DNA of 62,386 nt, counting the filler. It is 10 parts of 10 records of this genome, joined end to end, with 100 filler letters (N's around TTAATTAATTAA, not from the genome) between each part and the next. Parts side by side here need not be neighbours in the genome. Positions count along the whole stretch, not along the records: positions 1 to 6,541 come from SRR31147125_116376; positions 6,642 to 12,378 come from SRR31147125_116438; positions 12,479 to 17,512 come from SRR31147125_116569; 7 more parts are not named here. The stretch is one strand, 5' to 3'. The notes beneath the pieces were generated by a model that worked only from the letters and a program-made list of their open reading frames with translations, had not been told where the DNA came from and did not search any database. Below are positions 1-12,479 of this stretch, piece after piece (position 1 is the first letter of the stretch; each line of letters opens with the position of its first letter). The position numbers were made by a program, and so were the translations under genes.

Positions 1-25
1 CACACACACACACACACACACACAC
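1..25. repeat. (CA)n microsatellite downstream of the dynein stop
   Basis: cacacaca... run at the contig end. Confidence 0.95.
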
Positions 26-39
26 GGCATCATCAATCA

Positions 40-3000
40 TCACTGATCGGCAGACGTGGTGGTATCCCCACTCCAGGCCGTTACCGCAGCTCCACGCTGG
101 AACCTGTGGCAAGGTAAGCGACAATGTTACACCACAAAGAAAGGAAGACTCCGTACCAGACGTGATCGGCTACCCCCTTGGTTCCAGGAAGGCGCATGGA
201 GAAGAGAAGTTCCGTTCCTAGGGAAATGTCAATACACGACCCGTCGTGACAGCAAGATTCAACGCACGTTGGAAATTGAGATAGACCGGCAGCAGGACGG
301 CCTTCTTCGTGGATGCATCCACATCATTGGCGTGAACCCAGTGCACCCCGACAGAAGGAAGTTTGCCCACAATGTCTGCAGAGAACGAGAGGCCAGTGCT
401 CTCCCATCCAGCTCCCTCCAGAGATAGGCCTTCTAGGATAAACGTTTGTGCATCCTGAGGTCGCGTTTCCCCTGGGTGGACAACCATTTCCAATTGCTCA
501 AGGGCCCAATTCTTCTTTTGGGCGACAGCCTGTCGCGAGGCCGTGATGTAGGCCTCAGGTGAGAAGAGTCCACCCAGCCACAGGCCCGTCCGGCCATAGC
601 CATTGGTCTCGTCGAGCCGTTGCAGTTGATTGATTCGCTTCGCAAAATCAGCAAGCCATGCATGTACGGACATATCGGGGATGGGATATCTGTGGACGAC
701 GGTCGAGCATCAGAAACACAGACTACAAACAAAAAAAACAACCAACACGCACATGCGCCATTCCGAGGGGATAACTTCCTTACTCAGCGACTTGATGAGG
801 GAACGAACATAGTTCGTTGCCTTACTCTCTCCACGAGTAACCAGAAGAACATCACTCAAGTCACGACGGATCTGTTGCTGGAGGGCTACACCACGCCCAA
901 CCTCCCGCTCAATACAGCGCACCAACGGATTGGAAACATCCTCGTCTGCGCGCGGCGCGGCCACAAGGTCCTTGGGAAGCATATCTCCCCATAGATGGAT
1001 ATTGTGCTCTAAAAGGCGAATCCATGACGGTCGCTTGTCCTCTCCGTCAGTATATTGAATCTCTTCTTGACCTTCAAGATCCTCCAGCAAGTCCTCTTCA
1101 AAGGCTGTGCGAATCTTCAAGAGATTTGCCAGAACACGTCGGCCCATATTTGCACGCAGAACCTGATTCAACGTCAGTCAGCTACAAACCCCATCGAACA
1201 ACACAACGTACCACTTCGGCGTTGGGGGCCAAACCTAACCACACAGGAGATTCAATGGATGGAAGCTCTTCAATCCACTTCACAAAGTGATCGCGCGTTG
1301 TTCCCTCGGGAATGGTAAGAATAGACTGTCGACTGCTGCCCTCAACGACAAGCGGGAAACCAGAGTCGAAACTCTGTGGTACAAACAAGTTCTTAAGGAA
1401 GGAAGCGAGCATCCGATCGTCAAAGTCGTTATCGACACGTCCTCCATACACGCTTTCTCCGAGAAGACGCCGCAAGGCTTCCCACGGAATCTTATCAGGG
1501 GCAAGATGCGACTTCCCTTGGGCATACATATCCACCCAGGCATCAATCACATCAAGGGCACATCGTTGATCAGTCTCCCCAAATTCGTAGTGCTTCACCC
1601 ACCCCATCGGTGTGTACCGAAGACGCTCCTGTACTGTAGCATGGAACCATGCCAGCAAAAAGTACAGGCGAGATCGTTCCGCGGGTTCACGATCCACACG
1701 CTCTGGAGGCAGTGCGGAAAAGGTGCGCAGGAGAGAGGCCTTGATTCCGGCAGGAGGTTCGAACGTAAACAGATGCGACATCCGTAGGAGCGAAGAGGGT
1801 ACTTTGGGATTGAGTTCCATGGTGAGAAAGAGGCGGAACGTGGGATGGTGCACAAGGCGATGAAGTTTCTTCTCAAGACCCACCAGCCAGCGCGGTGCAA
1901 GATGCACGTTCTTCACAAGCACCCAGGACCCAGACTTGGACGCAGACGTGATCGCCTTCTCCGCCTCTTCATATCCTTCAGCCGATCCAAGTGCAATAGC
2001 GCGATACATCTTTTTCATCTCTGTTGCAAGGTGATCCACCTTCTGGGAGGCGTCGTACCCAGGCATTGAGCAAAGGATGAGTGGAGAGTAGCAGTAACTC
2101 TCCCGTTCTACAACGTTCCGCAGATTCAATGCCGGTACATTCAACCACCCGTTCCCGAAGACTCCTTCAACAAACATACGACTGGCCACAACAAGACGGT
2201 CGGCACGAAGAACACGCAGGATAAGAAGGAAACGGAACAGGCGAGACACCTCCTCCGAGGAACCAGCAACCGAAGCATCAGGAGGTGCCTCCCACCCCAC
2301 AGGAATGGCTGTTTCGGCGTGTGCGGCATCCATGAAGGCACGCCATGCACCTTGATGGGCGTTCACATGATCAATCAGGCCGCGGAATGCCTTCACCTGG
2401 GAAAGGTCCACAAGCTGAGGGATCTGCTCCGAGGTAAACAGGCTCGCAGGGAGTTTCTTCGCCACGGCGGCCTTTTGACCCTTCAGCTGAACGGTCTCCC
2501 CACCTTTGAGCAAGAACTCCCATTCCTCCTCATCAATCTCGTTGGGACCACCCTGCAGGCGAATGAAGGCCAGACGGAGGGCGAACGTAATCCGATCCTC
2601 GTGGAGAAGCCCGTACGAGACACGACGGAAGATAAGATGAAAGAGATCGGCTACAAGAACTTGCAACCGAGCCTGAGGTTCCTTCACCTTGTCGAGACGT
2701 GGATTGTTGTACAACATGTCATTGAAAATGTCAAGGAAAAAGCGCAGGGAGAACTGATAGAGGAAGTGCACTTCCGAGAGTTGATCCATTGCAAAGTATA
2801 CTCGCGAACAGAAGAGAGCAAATCCATCATACTGATTCGAAACAGACATGATCTCATCCAGGACAACATCAGTTTCTTTCTTCTTCTTCTCCACTTCAGA
2901 GGCCTCGTGCTTCAGTTCGGCCAGTTTGTTGATGATGGTATTATCGTCGAGAATGTTGCCGTGTACTTCGGAGATGGCATTCAACAACGATTCTTCCAAT

Positions 3001-6000
3001 TGACGGAGTCGAACTTTGAACTCGCCTTGAAGCTTCAGCAAGTCTGTTCGTTTCCGTTCGATATCCGGTCGTTCCCCCTTGAGAACTTCATTCAGGCATT
3101 GGGACTGCAAACTGCTGGGGGTGACCGTGAAGTTGACAAACGTCACCCGAGAACACAAGTCCGGGGTGAAGTGGCAGTTGGGATCACGTGTGGCCAGGAA
3201 GATCACAAACGAGGGCGAGAAGTCAATATCCTGATCGGCAAGGCGAACTAATGTACGTCCTCCTGCTTTGTGGAGTTCCTTGTTGAGAACAGGATTCAGA
3301 ATGGGGTCAATGTTCTCCACATCCTCCACCAGAAGCGGTGTGCCGAATCGAAGGGAACTCTCCAAATTCTTCATGAATGAATCGTCTAAGAAGGAGGTCT
3401 TGATAATCTTGCGATCTTTCAAATGGGTCATCAGGAAATTCGCCGCCTGACCCGAGGGATCAATCACCAGAGGATAGCGATTGAAGCGCTTCAACATAAT
3501 GGCATTCTCCACACACAAAGCATCCAGCGGCAGGTTATCCGCTTCCCATTGCAACCGTTCGTCCGGGAGTGAGAGGAATTCGATGAGGGACATATCTTCC
3601 CTGAACCTGACACGGGCGGCTTCCAGGCGGTCTTGCCACTTGGACAGCAACATCTCACGATAGTGCTGATCAAAGAAACCAATGTACGTAAGGAAGGCTG
3701 AAGACAGGAGAATGTCCCCGATGAGAGTAGACATTTGCGTCTGGAACTGAAGTCGTTCCTTCTGCCATCGATCTCGCTCCACACTAAGACTCGACAGAAG
3801 AGCCGAGGAACGGTCCACCTTCTCTTTCACACGACTCATTTCTCCCTTGATGGCTTGCGTTTCGCTGATGAGGACGGCATACTCCTCCTTGAGTCGAGAG
3901 ATACTCCGTTCCAGCTCCTCAATCACTTTCGTGAGTTCATTTTGCTTCTCCCGTGTCGTCGTGGCATCTTCATCCAGAACACTGATTTCTTGCTTCAAAG
4001 GCTCAACCTTCTCCAGGATTTCGCCATAGTGGACTTGGGCCTGGACCCACTTAGCGAGGGGTCCACACGCCTTGGAGGCCCGATTGATGGAATCCAGGTT
4101 CCAGTCCTTGGTGAAGTCCTTGTAGATTTGTCGACGCAATCGGTCATCGAAGTTCTTTGTGTCAAACTTGATGATGTTTCCAATGAAGTCATCACGGCGC
4201 ACAATGCGTCGAATCTGGTCCCAATCCGCCTTTTTCTCTCCCAACATCATGCAGACGGCTGTCATCGTTTGCCGAATCAGCTCGGGAGGCGAACCCATTG
4301 TACGCAATTCATCGAGATGCTGTTTCTTAATATTCTTGACACTCTGCTCAGCTTCTCGCAACAAGGGTTGTACCTGTGACAGATCATCCAACACGACTTG
4401 TTGCCGGGTCTGGATCTCCCGTTCCTGGGTCTCCAGCGTCCCTTGTAAGTCTACGGATGCCAATTTCTTCCGTTCCTGCTCTTGTTGCTCCTGCATCATT
4501 TGTTGAAGTTTCCTTTCGGCCTCGGCGCTCTTACGCTCCAGTTCAATGTTCTTCTCACGCAACTCGTTCTGTAACTGCGCCACCTGATCTTCTGTCTCCT
4601 TGAGTTTTTGAAGGCCGCGATTGATATGAAGTTGTTGATCCTCCAACATGGACCGCTTCTCATTGTGTAAGTCTACAAAGTGTTTGATGAAATCGAGATA
4701 GTGGCGTGGAGTGATGTAGCTGTGCCGTCCCTGACGTTTGCTGAGTTTTTCCGAGGCATCCCGCACACTCTCATGAATGAAGACAAGAGAATCAACAACA
4801 CCACCACGGAAACTTTCTTCAAAGTCTTCCGTAAGCTTTCCTCCCGCGGCCACTTGGGCTGCCTCGTGCAGATCAACGTTCCGCGTGAACTCATGACCCA
4901 CTTGGTACAACGCTTCAGGACTCCACTCGCCAAACCAATCGATGACACAACGATTGAAGAGGGCAGGTGATGTGGCCGCACGATTGTGGAAGTCCTTGTT
5001 AGCAGGGTTCATGGTAAACACAACGTGAAGATTGCGTTGCACTTCTTGCGTGAAACGACGAAACAGTTCATCCTCCGAATCGAGCATCAAACCATCACGG
5101 ATAGCAGCCTCCTTACATGCATGCATCAGCGAGGCATACTCGTCCCCCTCAAAGAGACCCGGCACTTCCCCGCTGGCTAACAGAGCATTCATCTTCTCCA
5201 AAAAGCTTGACTCCAGAACGTTGCTTTCATCGAAAATGAAACACATACGTTCCGCTTTGCAGCCTGCACGTCGCATGACAGAACGAAGATCATCCTCGAA
5301 ATCCTTTGCTGTGTAAATCTTGCTGACTTTGATTTGGAACACCGTCAGTCCATTAAGCCATGCTACGAAGCGTGACAGGACTGTCTTCCCGCCTCCAGAT
5401 GTACCGATCAGAAGGACATGACCCAAGGGTTGTCGCAACACGCGATCGATGCGAAGAACATGATCCAAAACGTCATTAAAGATCACAAGAGGAACGTTCA
5501 ATTCCTCTTCATTGAATACCTTGAGACGTGCCTTGACGTAATCGCGCAATTCCTCACGATCGACGTGTACATACTCCTTCGAAAGCCAATTGGAGAAAAG
5601 GATGGGACGTTTGGTGGAGGCCGAGGCAACCGTGGGGAAGAACTTGAAGGCAACGTCATCAATTGCTTCATCCGTCCATTTGCGCTCGTCACCATCCACC
5701 AGACGATCCCGGAAGAGACGAAGCCCCTCATGGGTCCACAGACGCACAAGTTGTTCCAGTGTCATGTTGTCAATGGGTTTGATGGCTTCGTAAATGGCTC
5801 GTGTCCATCGTGTCAACTCGCGCGGGGAGTAGATGTAGTGTGCCTGAACATCAGGTGTGAAGTGTTCCTGAGAACGTGAATACATATCCACCATGGACTC
5901 GGTGATACTCTGTGCATGGGATCTTAGCAGGGGCTGAAGACGAAGCAGGGCGCGATTGAAGGATCCATAAATGGAAAGGAGCGCCTCGTGCGAGGGGAAG

Positions 6001-6541
6001 TCCACATGTATCACGGGCGCGTGGTGCAAGAAGCGGTGTGTCAAGGGTATACGACCCGGATCAGTGGGGGGATTGCATGCCCCAACGAACTGAATCCGTT
6101 CCAATTTCACCCATGCCAGGTCGTGGGCTCGCCAGAATCCACCCTGTTCTGTGAGTTGCCGCATGAACGAGATCACTCTCTGTGTGCCATACTTGTCCAG
6201 TGCCGGCAAGTTGATCTCGTCACAGAACACAACCAAAGACTTGTTGATCTGACTGGGGCGCATCAGAAGGCCGTTGGGTGTCTTCTTCACCTCGCAGTAG
6301 TGGTCAAACGTCTTCAGAATCAACTGAGGATCCGTGGAACTGGAGAAGTTGAGACCCACGAACTCGTAATCTGGCAGACTACGGAGCACGGCCTGGATGG
6401 TCATCGTTTTCCCTGAACCCGGAGGTCCACAAAGCAAAAATGGTCGGCGTTCGTGAAGCCACGACAGGATCACCTCTTCGTGGCGGACCGTGTCGATGGT
6501 GGGAATAACAAGCTCAGTGTCCACCACCTTGTGTGTCTCAC
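40..6541 (-). CDS. DYNC1H1: Cytoplasmic dynein heavy chain, 5'-partial and spliced: exons >6541-1212, 1162-753, 689-268, 217-157, 103-40
   Basis: AAA3 P-loop GPPGSGKT, AAA4 P-loop GTSGGGKT, coiled-coil stalk with MTBD, AAA5/6. Removing four GT-AG introns (1163-1211, 690-752, 218-267, 104-156) restores WLGLAPNAEVVLRAN, PSEWRIYPIP, PVYLNFQRTELLF and WFQRGAAVTAW to a TGA at 40-42. Confidence 0.95.
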
Positions 6542-6641
6542 NNNNNNNNNNNNNNNNNNNNNNNNNNNNNNNNNNNNNNNNNNNNTTAATTAATTAANNN
6601 NNNNNNNNNNNNNNNNNNNNNNNNNNNNNNNNNNNNNNNNN
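6542..6641. other. Artificial contig linker; others at 12379-12478, 17513-17612, 22739-22838, 27873-27972, 35113-35212, 43326-43425, 49034-49133, 55948-56047
   Basis: Identical 100-nt N/TTAATTAATTAA/N blocks with stops in all six frames. Confidence 0.99.
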
Positions 6642-7504
6642 AAAAAAATCGAAAACTCTTTGCGCCATGGCGTCAGGAGCTCGAACCTATGAAAGGAATA
6701 CTCAACAGTCTGCTCGATTCTCAAAATGTGGTCGACATTGTCATGGAGCATCATCTGCAGGATAGAATCAATGAGTATCCCCTCTTGATTTACCCGGAAT
6801 GGGATTATATAAACGAGACATTCAGGGAAGAATTGCTCGACTATGTCAAAGCCGGTGGCACTCTTTTGATTATCGGACCGAACGCAGCCTCTTTATTTGA
6901 GAGCGAACTGGGTGTAAAACTATTAGATGAACCAAGTGAACAGATAAACGGCCTTGAGGTTAACGGCAGAATCAGTGACTTTTTTTCATTATTTCAAAAA
7001 GTAACACTTTTACCAGGGACAAAACCTTTTGGGAAAATATATAGAAATAATGACATAATGGGCACAGCTGATATAGCTGCCTCGATCCGTTCATATGGTA
7101 AAGGACAAATCGCAGCGACTTATTTAAAACTTGGACAGGCTTATTATACCGGTGCTACAATCGACAGTCGATATTTTCTCAACGCCCTTGTCAGGGAATT
7201 GTATCCGGAGCCTATTGTAACCGTATCCGGATCACATTTTGTAGATGTCACATTGAATCGAATAGACGGGAAAATGGCCATAAACCTGGTAAATACAAGC
7301 GGACCTCACGCGAATGATAAAATTTTTACTTTTGATGAAATTCCAGAGGTTGGACCATTAAACATCATGATAAAAACAGAACAAGAACCCAAAAAAGTAA
7401 CACTGGAACCAGGAAATAAAGAACTTGCCTACAAGTACAAGCAGGGAAAAATTAATGTGACGTTACCATTTCTTAAAATTCATAATATTATTGCGGTGGA
7501 ATAA
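6642..7504 (+). CDS. C-terminal part of a probable glycoside hydrolase (beta-galactosidase trimerisation/GATase1-like domain), 5'-partial
   Basis: ORF open from the contig edge; LLIYPE...LLDYVKAGGTLLIIG and YGKGQI motifs. Confidence 0.55.
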
Positions 7505-7552
7505 AAAAACGGAATGATATTTTTCCAGCGACATGGCATTATGCAAAAAAAT

Positions 7553-7595
7553 AAGGCTTTCCCTCGAGAAAGTGATTTCAACAAAGGAAAGCCTT
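7553..7595. terminator. Inverted repeat between convergent genes
   Basis: aaggctttcc...ggaaagcctt preceded by an A-tract. Confidence 0.45.
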
Positions 7596-7699
7596 GCCTG
7601 CAATAATGGACCCTACTATTAGTGTCGACAAGTAGGGTAAAAACTTTAATTTTATTTAAATAAAATTTAAAAAATATCACTTTTTATGACATTTTTATC

Positions 7700-8947
7700 T
7701 TATTTTTCCATTGCCTCAAAATAATCTAAAAACACCTTTCGCAGATTTTCCCCCAACAGTTCCCACTCTTTGCCAAATGGCACTTTATTCAGACCGGCAA
7801 TCCAGTCGCAGTTGAGCTCATAAATGAGCGCATCAATCCCAAATCGATCCGTCAGGCCTTCTCCAAATGTGCCAGGATTTCTAAAAGAGCTTTTCGCGCT
7901 GCCTTCTGTAAACCAGGTGTTGTGATATAGCAAACTTTCGAGTCGTTCCATTCTGGCCATATACTGTTCTGCATTTACCAACGGATGGCTTTTATGCAAA
8001 AGACCGCCGTTGTCATTATGAAAATCGATTGCCAGATGCGGTTTTTCACCATTGTATATTTTTGATTTCAGCCAAACCTCCAATGCATAATTTTCCGGCG
8101 CTAATGAAGAATCAGCCGGTAAATCCCATTTTCTGTTCAAATCCATGCCAGATAGATTGAATCGGGTTTTTCCATGCACAACACCGTCTTTATTTGCCAT
8201 GGGCATCATATAAACGCAGTATTTCTGCAAACACCGTTGGCTCAACTCATCCTTTTCAAGCAAACTTTTTATCAAACCCTGCAGAACATAGTTGCCGCCA
8301 GCCTCCCAGGGGTGAGACCGTGCCCGGAGTAAAATCCGATAGGGCGCGTTTTCATTACCTAACCGAATTATTTCCAAAGGCCTACCTTCGACTGTGTATC
8401 CGATAGGATCAATATGAACCAGCGGATTCTTTTCGATTTTTTTGATCAACGTTTGCAAATCATTCAGCGTGTAGGGTTCCATCCTGGAAACGAACAGTTC
8501 ATCCTGCTCCATAAAAACTGTAAATTCGAGCCGATTATCTGCCGTTTTTCTCGCTGGTATGGCTTTCCATGTCTTTTTATCCGCAGAGATATAACAAGAG
8601 GTTTGCTTTGAGATAGGAGAACCACGCCTTCCATTCCAGATATTATCAAAATTTTGCATAATGATCTTTAAATCACTACCAGGTCTAGCTTGAATCTGGA
8701 AAAACCAGTGACCGTTGGCACGATTAGGAGAGGAACGTTCATAATCATAGATGAGACTAATAACAATGGCGCTGTCAGCAGCGATTTCCCAGGTTACTGG
8801 TGACGCATTTTCAAATGCCGTATTGATAAAATAAAGATTGGGATTATAATAAACCTGATTATCCTGTGTTTTTTCAACTGTTGCCGAGCCTGTACCTGAA
8901 AAAAACAAACTGGTCAAAAGCATCATTTTCGTAAACTGTCTGTTCAT
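7700..8947 (-). CDS. Secreted M14-family zinc carboxypeptidase
   Basis: Signal peptide; HPWE zinc motif, NKDG..GKTRFN..GMDLNRKW, IDFH. Confidence 0.85.
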   Translation of the reverse strand: MNRQFTKMMLLTSLFFSGTGSATVEKTQDNQVYYNPNLYFINTAFENASPVTWEIAADSAIVISLIYDYERSSPNRANGHWFFQIQARPGSDLKIIMQNFDNIWNGRRGSPISKQTSCYISADKKTWKAIPARKTADNRLEFTVFMEQDELFVSRMEPYTLNDLQTLIKKIEKNPLVHIDPIGYTVEGRPLEIIRLGNENAPYRILLRARSHPWEAGGNYVLQGLIKSLLEKDELSQRCLQKYCVYMMPMANKDGVVHGKTRFNLSGMDLNRKWDLPADSSLAPENYALEVWLKSKIYNGEKPHLAIDFHNDNGGLLHKSHPLVNAEQYMARMERLESLLYHNTWFTEGSAKSSFRNPGTFGEGLTDRFGIDALIYELNCDWIAGLNKVPFGKEWELLGENLRKVFLDYFEAMEK

Positions 8948-9087
8948 CGATTCAATCCCTTTGCTCGTTAAAACTGTTCTTTGATTTTTTTCTAAAACAT
9001 GACCTGAGCAGTTTGATTACCTGTTTTTTCAAAGGATCACCCCATATAGGACCAGACATTTCCAAATACCATATTGGACAATTAAAA

Positions 9088-9998
9088 TCAACGATCAAGA
9101 CGTGTCAGTCCGGCCTCTTCAGCCGCATGCAAACCTTCTTTTAATTCAGAAATCGTGACGGGACGTGCCAATTCTTTACTTTCATTGGCTCTACCGCAAG
9201 GCTGGTACTGGCCCATAATATTAATATAGCTCTGACGGGATATATACCCGGCAATAAACGTCATGATTTCACGGGTTCCTGCCAGTCCATTTGGAAGGAC
9301 CAGGTGTCGTATCAACACACCACGATTCGCTATCCCCATCTCATCCAATTCCAGATCGCCCACTTGTCTGTGCATTTCCTGCAATGCGAGCCGGGCTATT
9401 CTTGCATAATCACTGGCATTACAAAACCTCTTTGCTACTTTCGGTTCCCAAAACTTGAAATCAGGCATATATATATCCATCACACCTTCAAGCAATTGTA
9501 ACGTCTCCACACAGTCATATCCACTGGTGTTATATACAAGTGGAATGGAAAGACCGTCCTGAATGGCCACATCCAATGCGGACAGGATCTGAGAAACAAC
9601 ATGTGACGGACTTACAAAGTTAATATTATGGCAGCCAAGGCGTTGCAGGTAGAGCATCATATCCGCCAGTTGCCTGTCTGTTACCTCATGACCGTGTCCC
9701 TCATGACTGATGTCATAATTCTGGCAAAATTGACAGAGGAGATTACAATATGCAAAAAAATTGTACCGGACCCGTGTTTCCCGACCAATGGAGCTTCTTC
9801 ACCAAAATGAGGAAAAAAACTGGAGACGTAAGCTCTTTTTCCTGTCTTGCACACGCCTGATTGGCCGGCAATTCGATTTTTCCCGCATTTTTTGGGGCAC
9901 AGGGAACAATGATGTAAAATGGCGCGTGATTTATCTATTTTTTTCCCAAGAGCCCCGCTTTTGTACGTTTCCAAATAAACGGGTTTATATGTTGACAT
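9088..9998 (-). CDS. Radical SAM protein (PflX-like), one frameshift near 9755
   Basis: HFGEEAPLVG..GSGTIF in one frame; CNLLCQFCQN (CxxxCxxC) continues in the next frame across an A7 run into ORF 9088-9660 (GCHNINFVSPSH, YMPDFK, LIRHLVLP). Confidence 0.85.
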
Positions 9999-10098
9999 GC
10001 TCCAGGAAAGCCTCATTTTTATCTACGACTCAGAATCCTTCATAGAAACATCCAACCGGAATAAAACATCATTACTTTCAAATATGAATCTGATAGAT

Positions 10099-10395
10099 TT
10101 AAATTTCTTCTGTCAGCTCAATAAATCTTTTATAAGGTATAGCAGTCCAGCTTTCTGCATGAAAAGCGCCGTTTGACAAACTGATCATCGATACTTTGGC
10201 AGCAGTTTCCTCATTTGGAGCTTCATAAATATCCAGAAAATCAAAATCTCCCAACAATGCATAATGAGCGAGAAATTTTACTTCAGGACATTTCTTTTTA
10301 ACCTGCTCCAGCCATAATCTGCCTAATTTTGCCCGTTCTTTAACTTTTTTGGAAACTTCAGGAGCTAACTTTGTCATTAAAATAAAAGTCTGCAT
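10099..10395 (-). CDS. GYD-domain protein
   Basis: 98 aa; YALLGDFDFLDIYEAP pattern; ggagg RBS. Confidence 0.85.
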   Translation of the reverse strand: MQTFILMTKLAPEVSKKVKERAKLGRLWLEQVKKKCPEVKFLAHYALLGDFDFLDIYEAPNEETAAKVSMISLSNGAFHAESWTAIPYKRFIELTEEI

Positions 10396-10427
10396 GGTGC
10401 ACCTCCATTACCTTTTAGGTGACCGAC

Positions 10428-10460
10428 AACCTCCCGGAGGTCAAGTACCTCCGGGAGGTT
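10428..10460. repeat. Perfect 14-bp inverted repeat (REP-like hairpin)
   Basis: aacctcccggaggt-caagt-acctccgggaggtt. Confidence 0.8.
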
Positions 10461-10469
10461 CAGTTTAAT

Positions 10470-10799
10470 TTATTTGGAAGGTGGTTCATACCGCTCATAA
10501 TAGCCAAGGACAGCCCCATTTTCATCTCTGACAGCCCGCATGTAAATACGATGTTTTTCATTATCCGTTATCAATCGTTCCTCTTCCCCTTTGTACATGG
10601 CAGCCAGAGTTTCGAACATTATTTTTTGAGATTCTTTATTATGGCAATCCAATAAGGATTGATTGAGCAGATTTATTCCTTCATCATAATGAGCAATTGC
10701 TGCTTTATTCATATATCTGGTTATGTGGTCTGTATCAGCGAACAAGATGGGATCTTTTAGACTATCTAATATGGCCGACATGAGAGAAACATCTATCAT
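10470..10799 (-). CDS. Stand-alone PAS-domain protein
   Basis: ILDSLKDPILFAD..I.YMNKAA, SLLDCH, VRDENG..LGYYE. Confidence 0.8.
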   Translation of the reverse strand: MIDVSLMSAILDSLKDPILFADTDHITRYMNKAAIAHYDEGINLLNQSLLDCHNKESQKIMFETLAAMYKGEEERLITDNEKHRIYMRAVRDENGAVLGYYERYEPPSK

Positions 10800-10962
10800 G
10801 TAAATTCTCCAATTTCAGAACAAGTTAATTCTAATTCATTATACATCATTTTTAATAATCTTTTCGTTATAACCTGGCAATAGAACCCTCAAAAACAAGA
10901 ACTATAGAGAAGTTCATATTATTCATATAAATTTTATCTGATCAATAAAAATTGTATTAGAA

Positions 10963-12342
10963 TCACCATATGGAGTTCATATTCCAAACATCAAGAGATT
11001 TGACCTTAACAGGTCTACGTTTGGTAAACAGTTTCACTCCCAGACTATCCTGGTGTTTAGGATAAGAATGAACAGTAAGGCATTCGCGCTCATTGACGTA
11101 AACCTCAATAACGGATTTATCCACAAAGATATGTAAGCGAAGCGTTTTTTCATTTGGCAAAAGTTGAAATGCTCCACTCTTGTCAGCTGCAGAAAGGTTT
11201 TGATAGTTATTATTATATGTAATAGCTGTTTCCTCTTTCCCATCAGGTGAACAAAGAACCTTGATCCCAAATGCTTCTGCATTTCCAGGTTCAATCTCGG
11301 CCATTATTTCCAAACAAGAACCTTGCACATCCGGCAAGACAAAATCAGAATCCGGATTTAAAATAAACTCGCCAAACGGGACATGTTTTCCTCGTAGTTG
11401 TTTTAATTCCTCCACAGGTTTCATACCAAGGCGGCCATCCGGGCGCAGTGTCAGTTCTCTCGGAAGCGTTAACACGCCGTTCCATGGAAATCCATCACTT
11501 CCGCCTCCAATAATCCATCCCCACATAATGCGTCGCCCCTTATCATCGAGCAAGCAATTAGGTGCGTAGAATCCTTTTTTACCACCGAGATCAATAGACC
11601 GCCACAAACCGGGACTAAAGCGGAAATTTTTGTATTCACCAACGCTGTATTGAACATCGCCATGAGGAGACACAACCAGCACGTGCTTATCCCCCAATGG
11701 AAAAAAATTAGGACATTCCCAATTTATGCCAAATCCAACACAAAGAGGATTCAAGTACTCCCACGACAACAAATCTTTAGATGTGTACAACAAGGCTGTA
11801 CCACCCTGACCTTTTATACCGGATCCGATGACCATATACCAGCTGTTACCTTCTTTCCAAACAAATGGATCACGAAAACCTTCCAGATCTTCTCTTGGTC
11901 TTTCCGGTATAACAGGATTACCGGCATATTTCTCCCAGGTGATCATATCATCATAACTTTTGGCCACACACTGAGTTTCCGGATTCACACCTGTATAAAG
12001 AATCGTAGGCACACCTTCCTGCACCACGCAGCAACCGGAAAACACGCCCTCCTTATCATAGCTATCCGGATTTGGTGTGAGAGCTATGGGCAGGTGTTTC
12101 CAATGTACAAGATCCTTACTGACCGCGTGTCCCCAGGACATATTGCCCCATTTGTCGCCATAAGGATTATGCTGAAAAAACATATGATATTCGCCCTTGT
12201 ATTGAATCGGTCCGTTTGGATCGTTTATCCAGTTCGCTGCTGTTGTCAGATGAAATACAGGGCGCAACGGATCCTGGGCCACCTTGTCAGCAATCGAATC
12301 CACGCTGGCATTCGCTATAACCAAAAGCTGTTCATGTTGCAT
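10963..12342 (-). CDS. GH32 beta-fructofuranosidase / sucrose-6-phosphate hydrolase
   Basis: WINDPNG, WGHAVS.DL, FSG, FRDP and WECP catalytic motifs. Confidence 0.95.
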   Translation of the reverse strand: MQHEQLLVIANASVDSIADKVAQDPLRPVFHLTTAANWINDPNGPIQYKGEYHMFFQHNPYGDKWGNMSWGHAVSKDLVHWKHLPIALTPNPDSYDKEGVFSGCCVVQEGVPTILYTGVNPETQCVAKSYDDMITWEKYAGNPVIPERPREDLEGFRDPFVWKEGNSWYMVIGSGIKGQGGTALLYTSKDLLSWEYLNPLCVGFGINWECPNFFPLGDKHVLVVSPHGDVQYSVGEYKNFRFSPGLWRSIDLGGKKGFYAPNCLLDDKGRRIMWGWIIGGGSDGFPWNGVLTLPRELTLRPDGRLGMKPVEELKQLRGKHVPFGEFILNPDSDFVLPDVQGSCLEIMAEIEPGNAEAFGIKVLCSPDGKEETAITYNNNYQNLSAADKSGAFQLLPNEKTLRLHIFVDKSVIEVYVNERECLTVHSYPKHQDSLGVKLFTKRRPVKVKSLDVWNMNSIW

Positions 12343-12479
12343 GTTAAACTCTCGCGCATTTAATTTCGTGGTTTTTTTNNNNNNNNNNNNNNNNNNNNNN
12401 NNNNNNNNNNNNNNNNNNNNNNTTAATTAATTAANNNNNNNNNNNNNNNNNNNNNNNNNNNNNNNNNNNNNNNNNNNNG

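Noticed and set aside
56-6416. Many plus-strand ORFs over the dynein gene, and similar antisense ORFs elsewhere
   Set aside because: Shadow ORFs of real genes with no recognisable motifs
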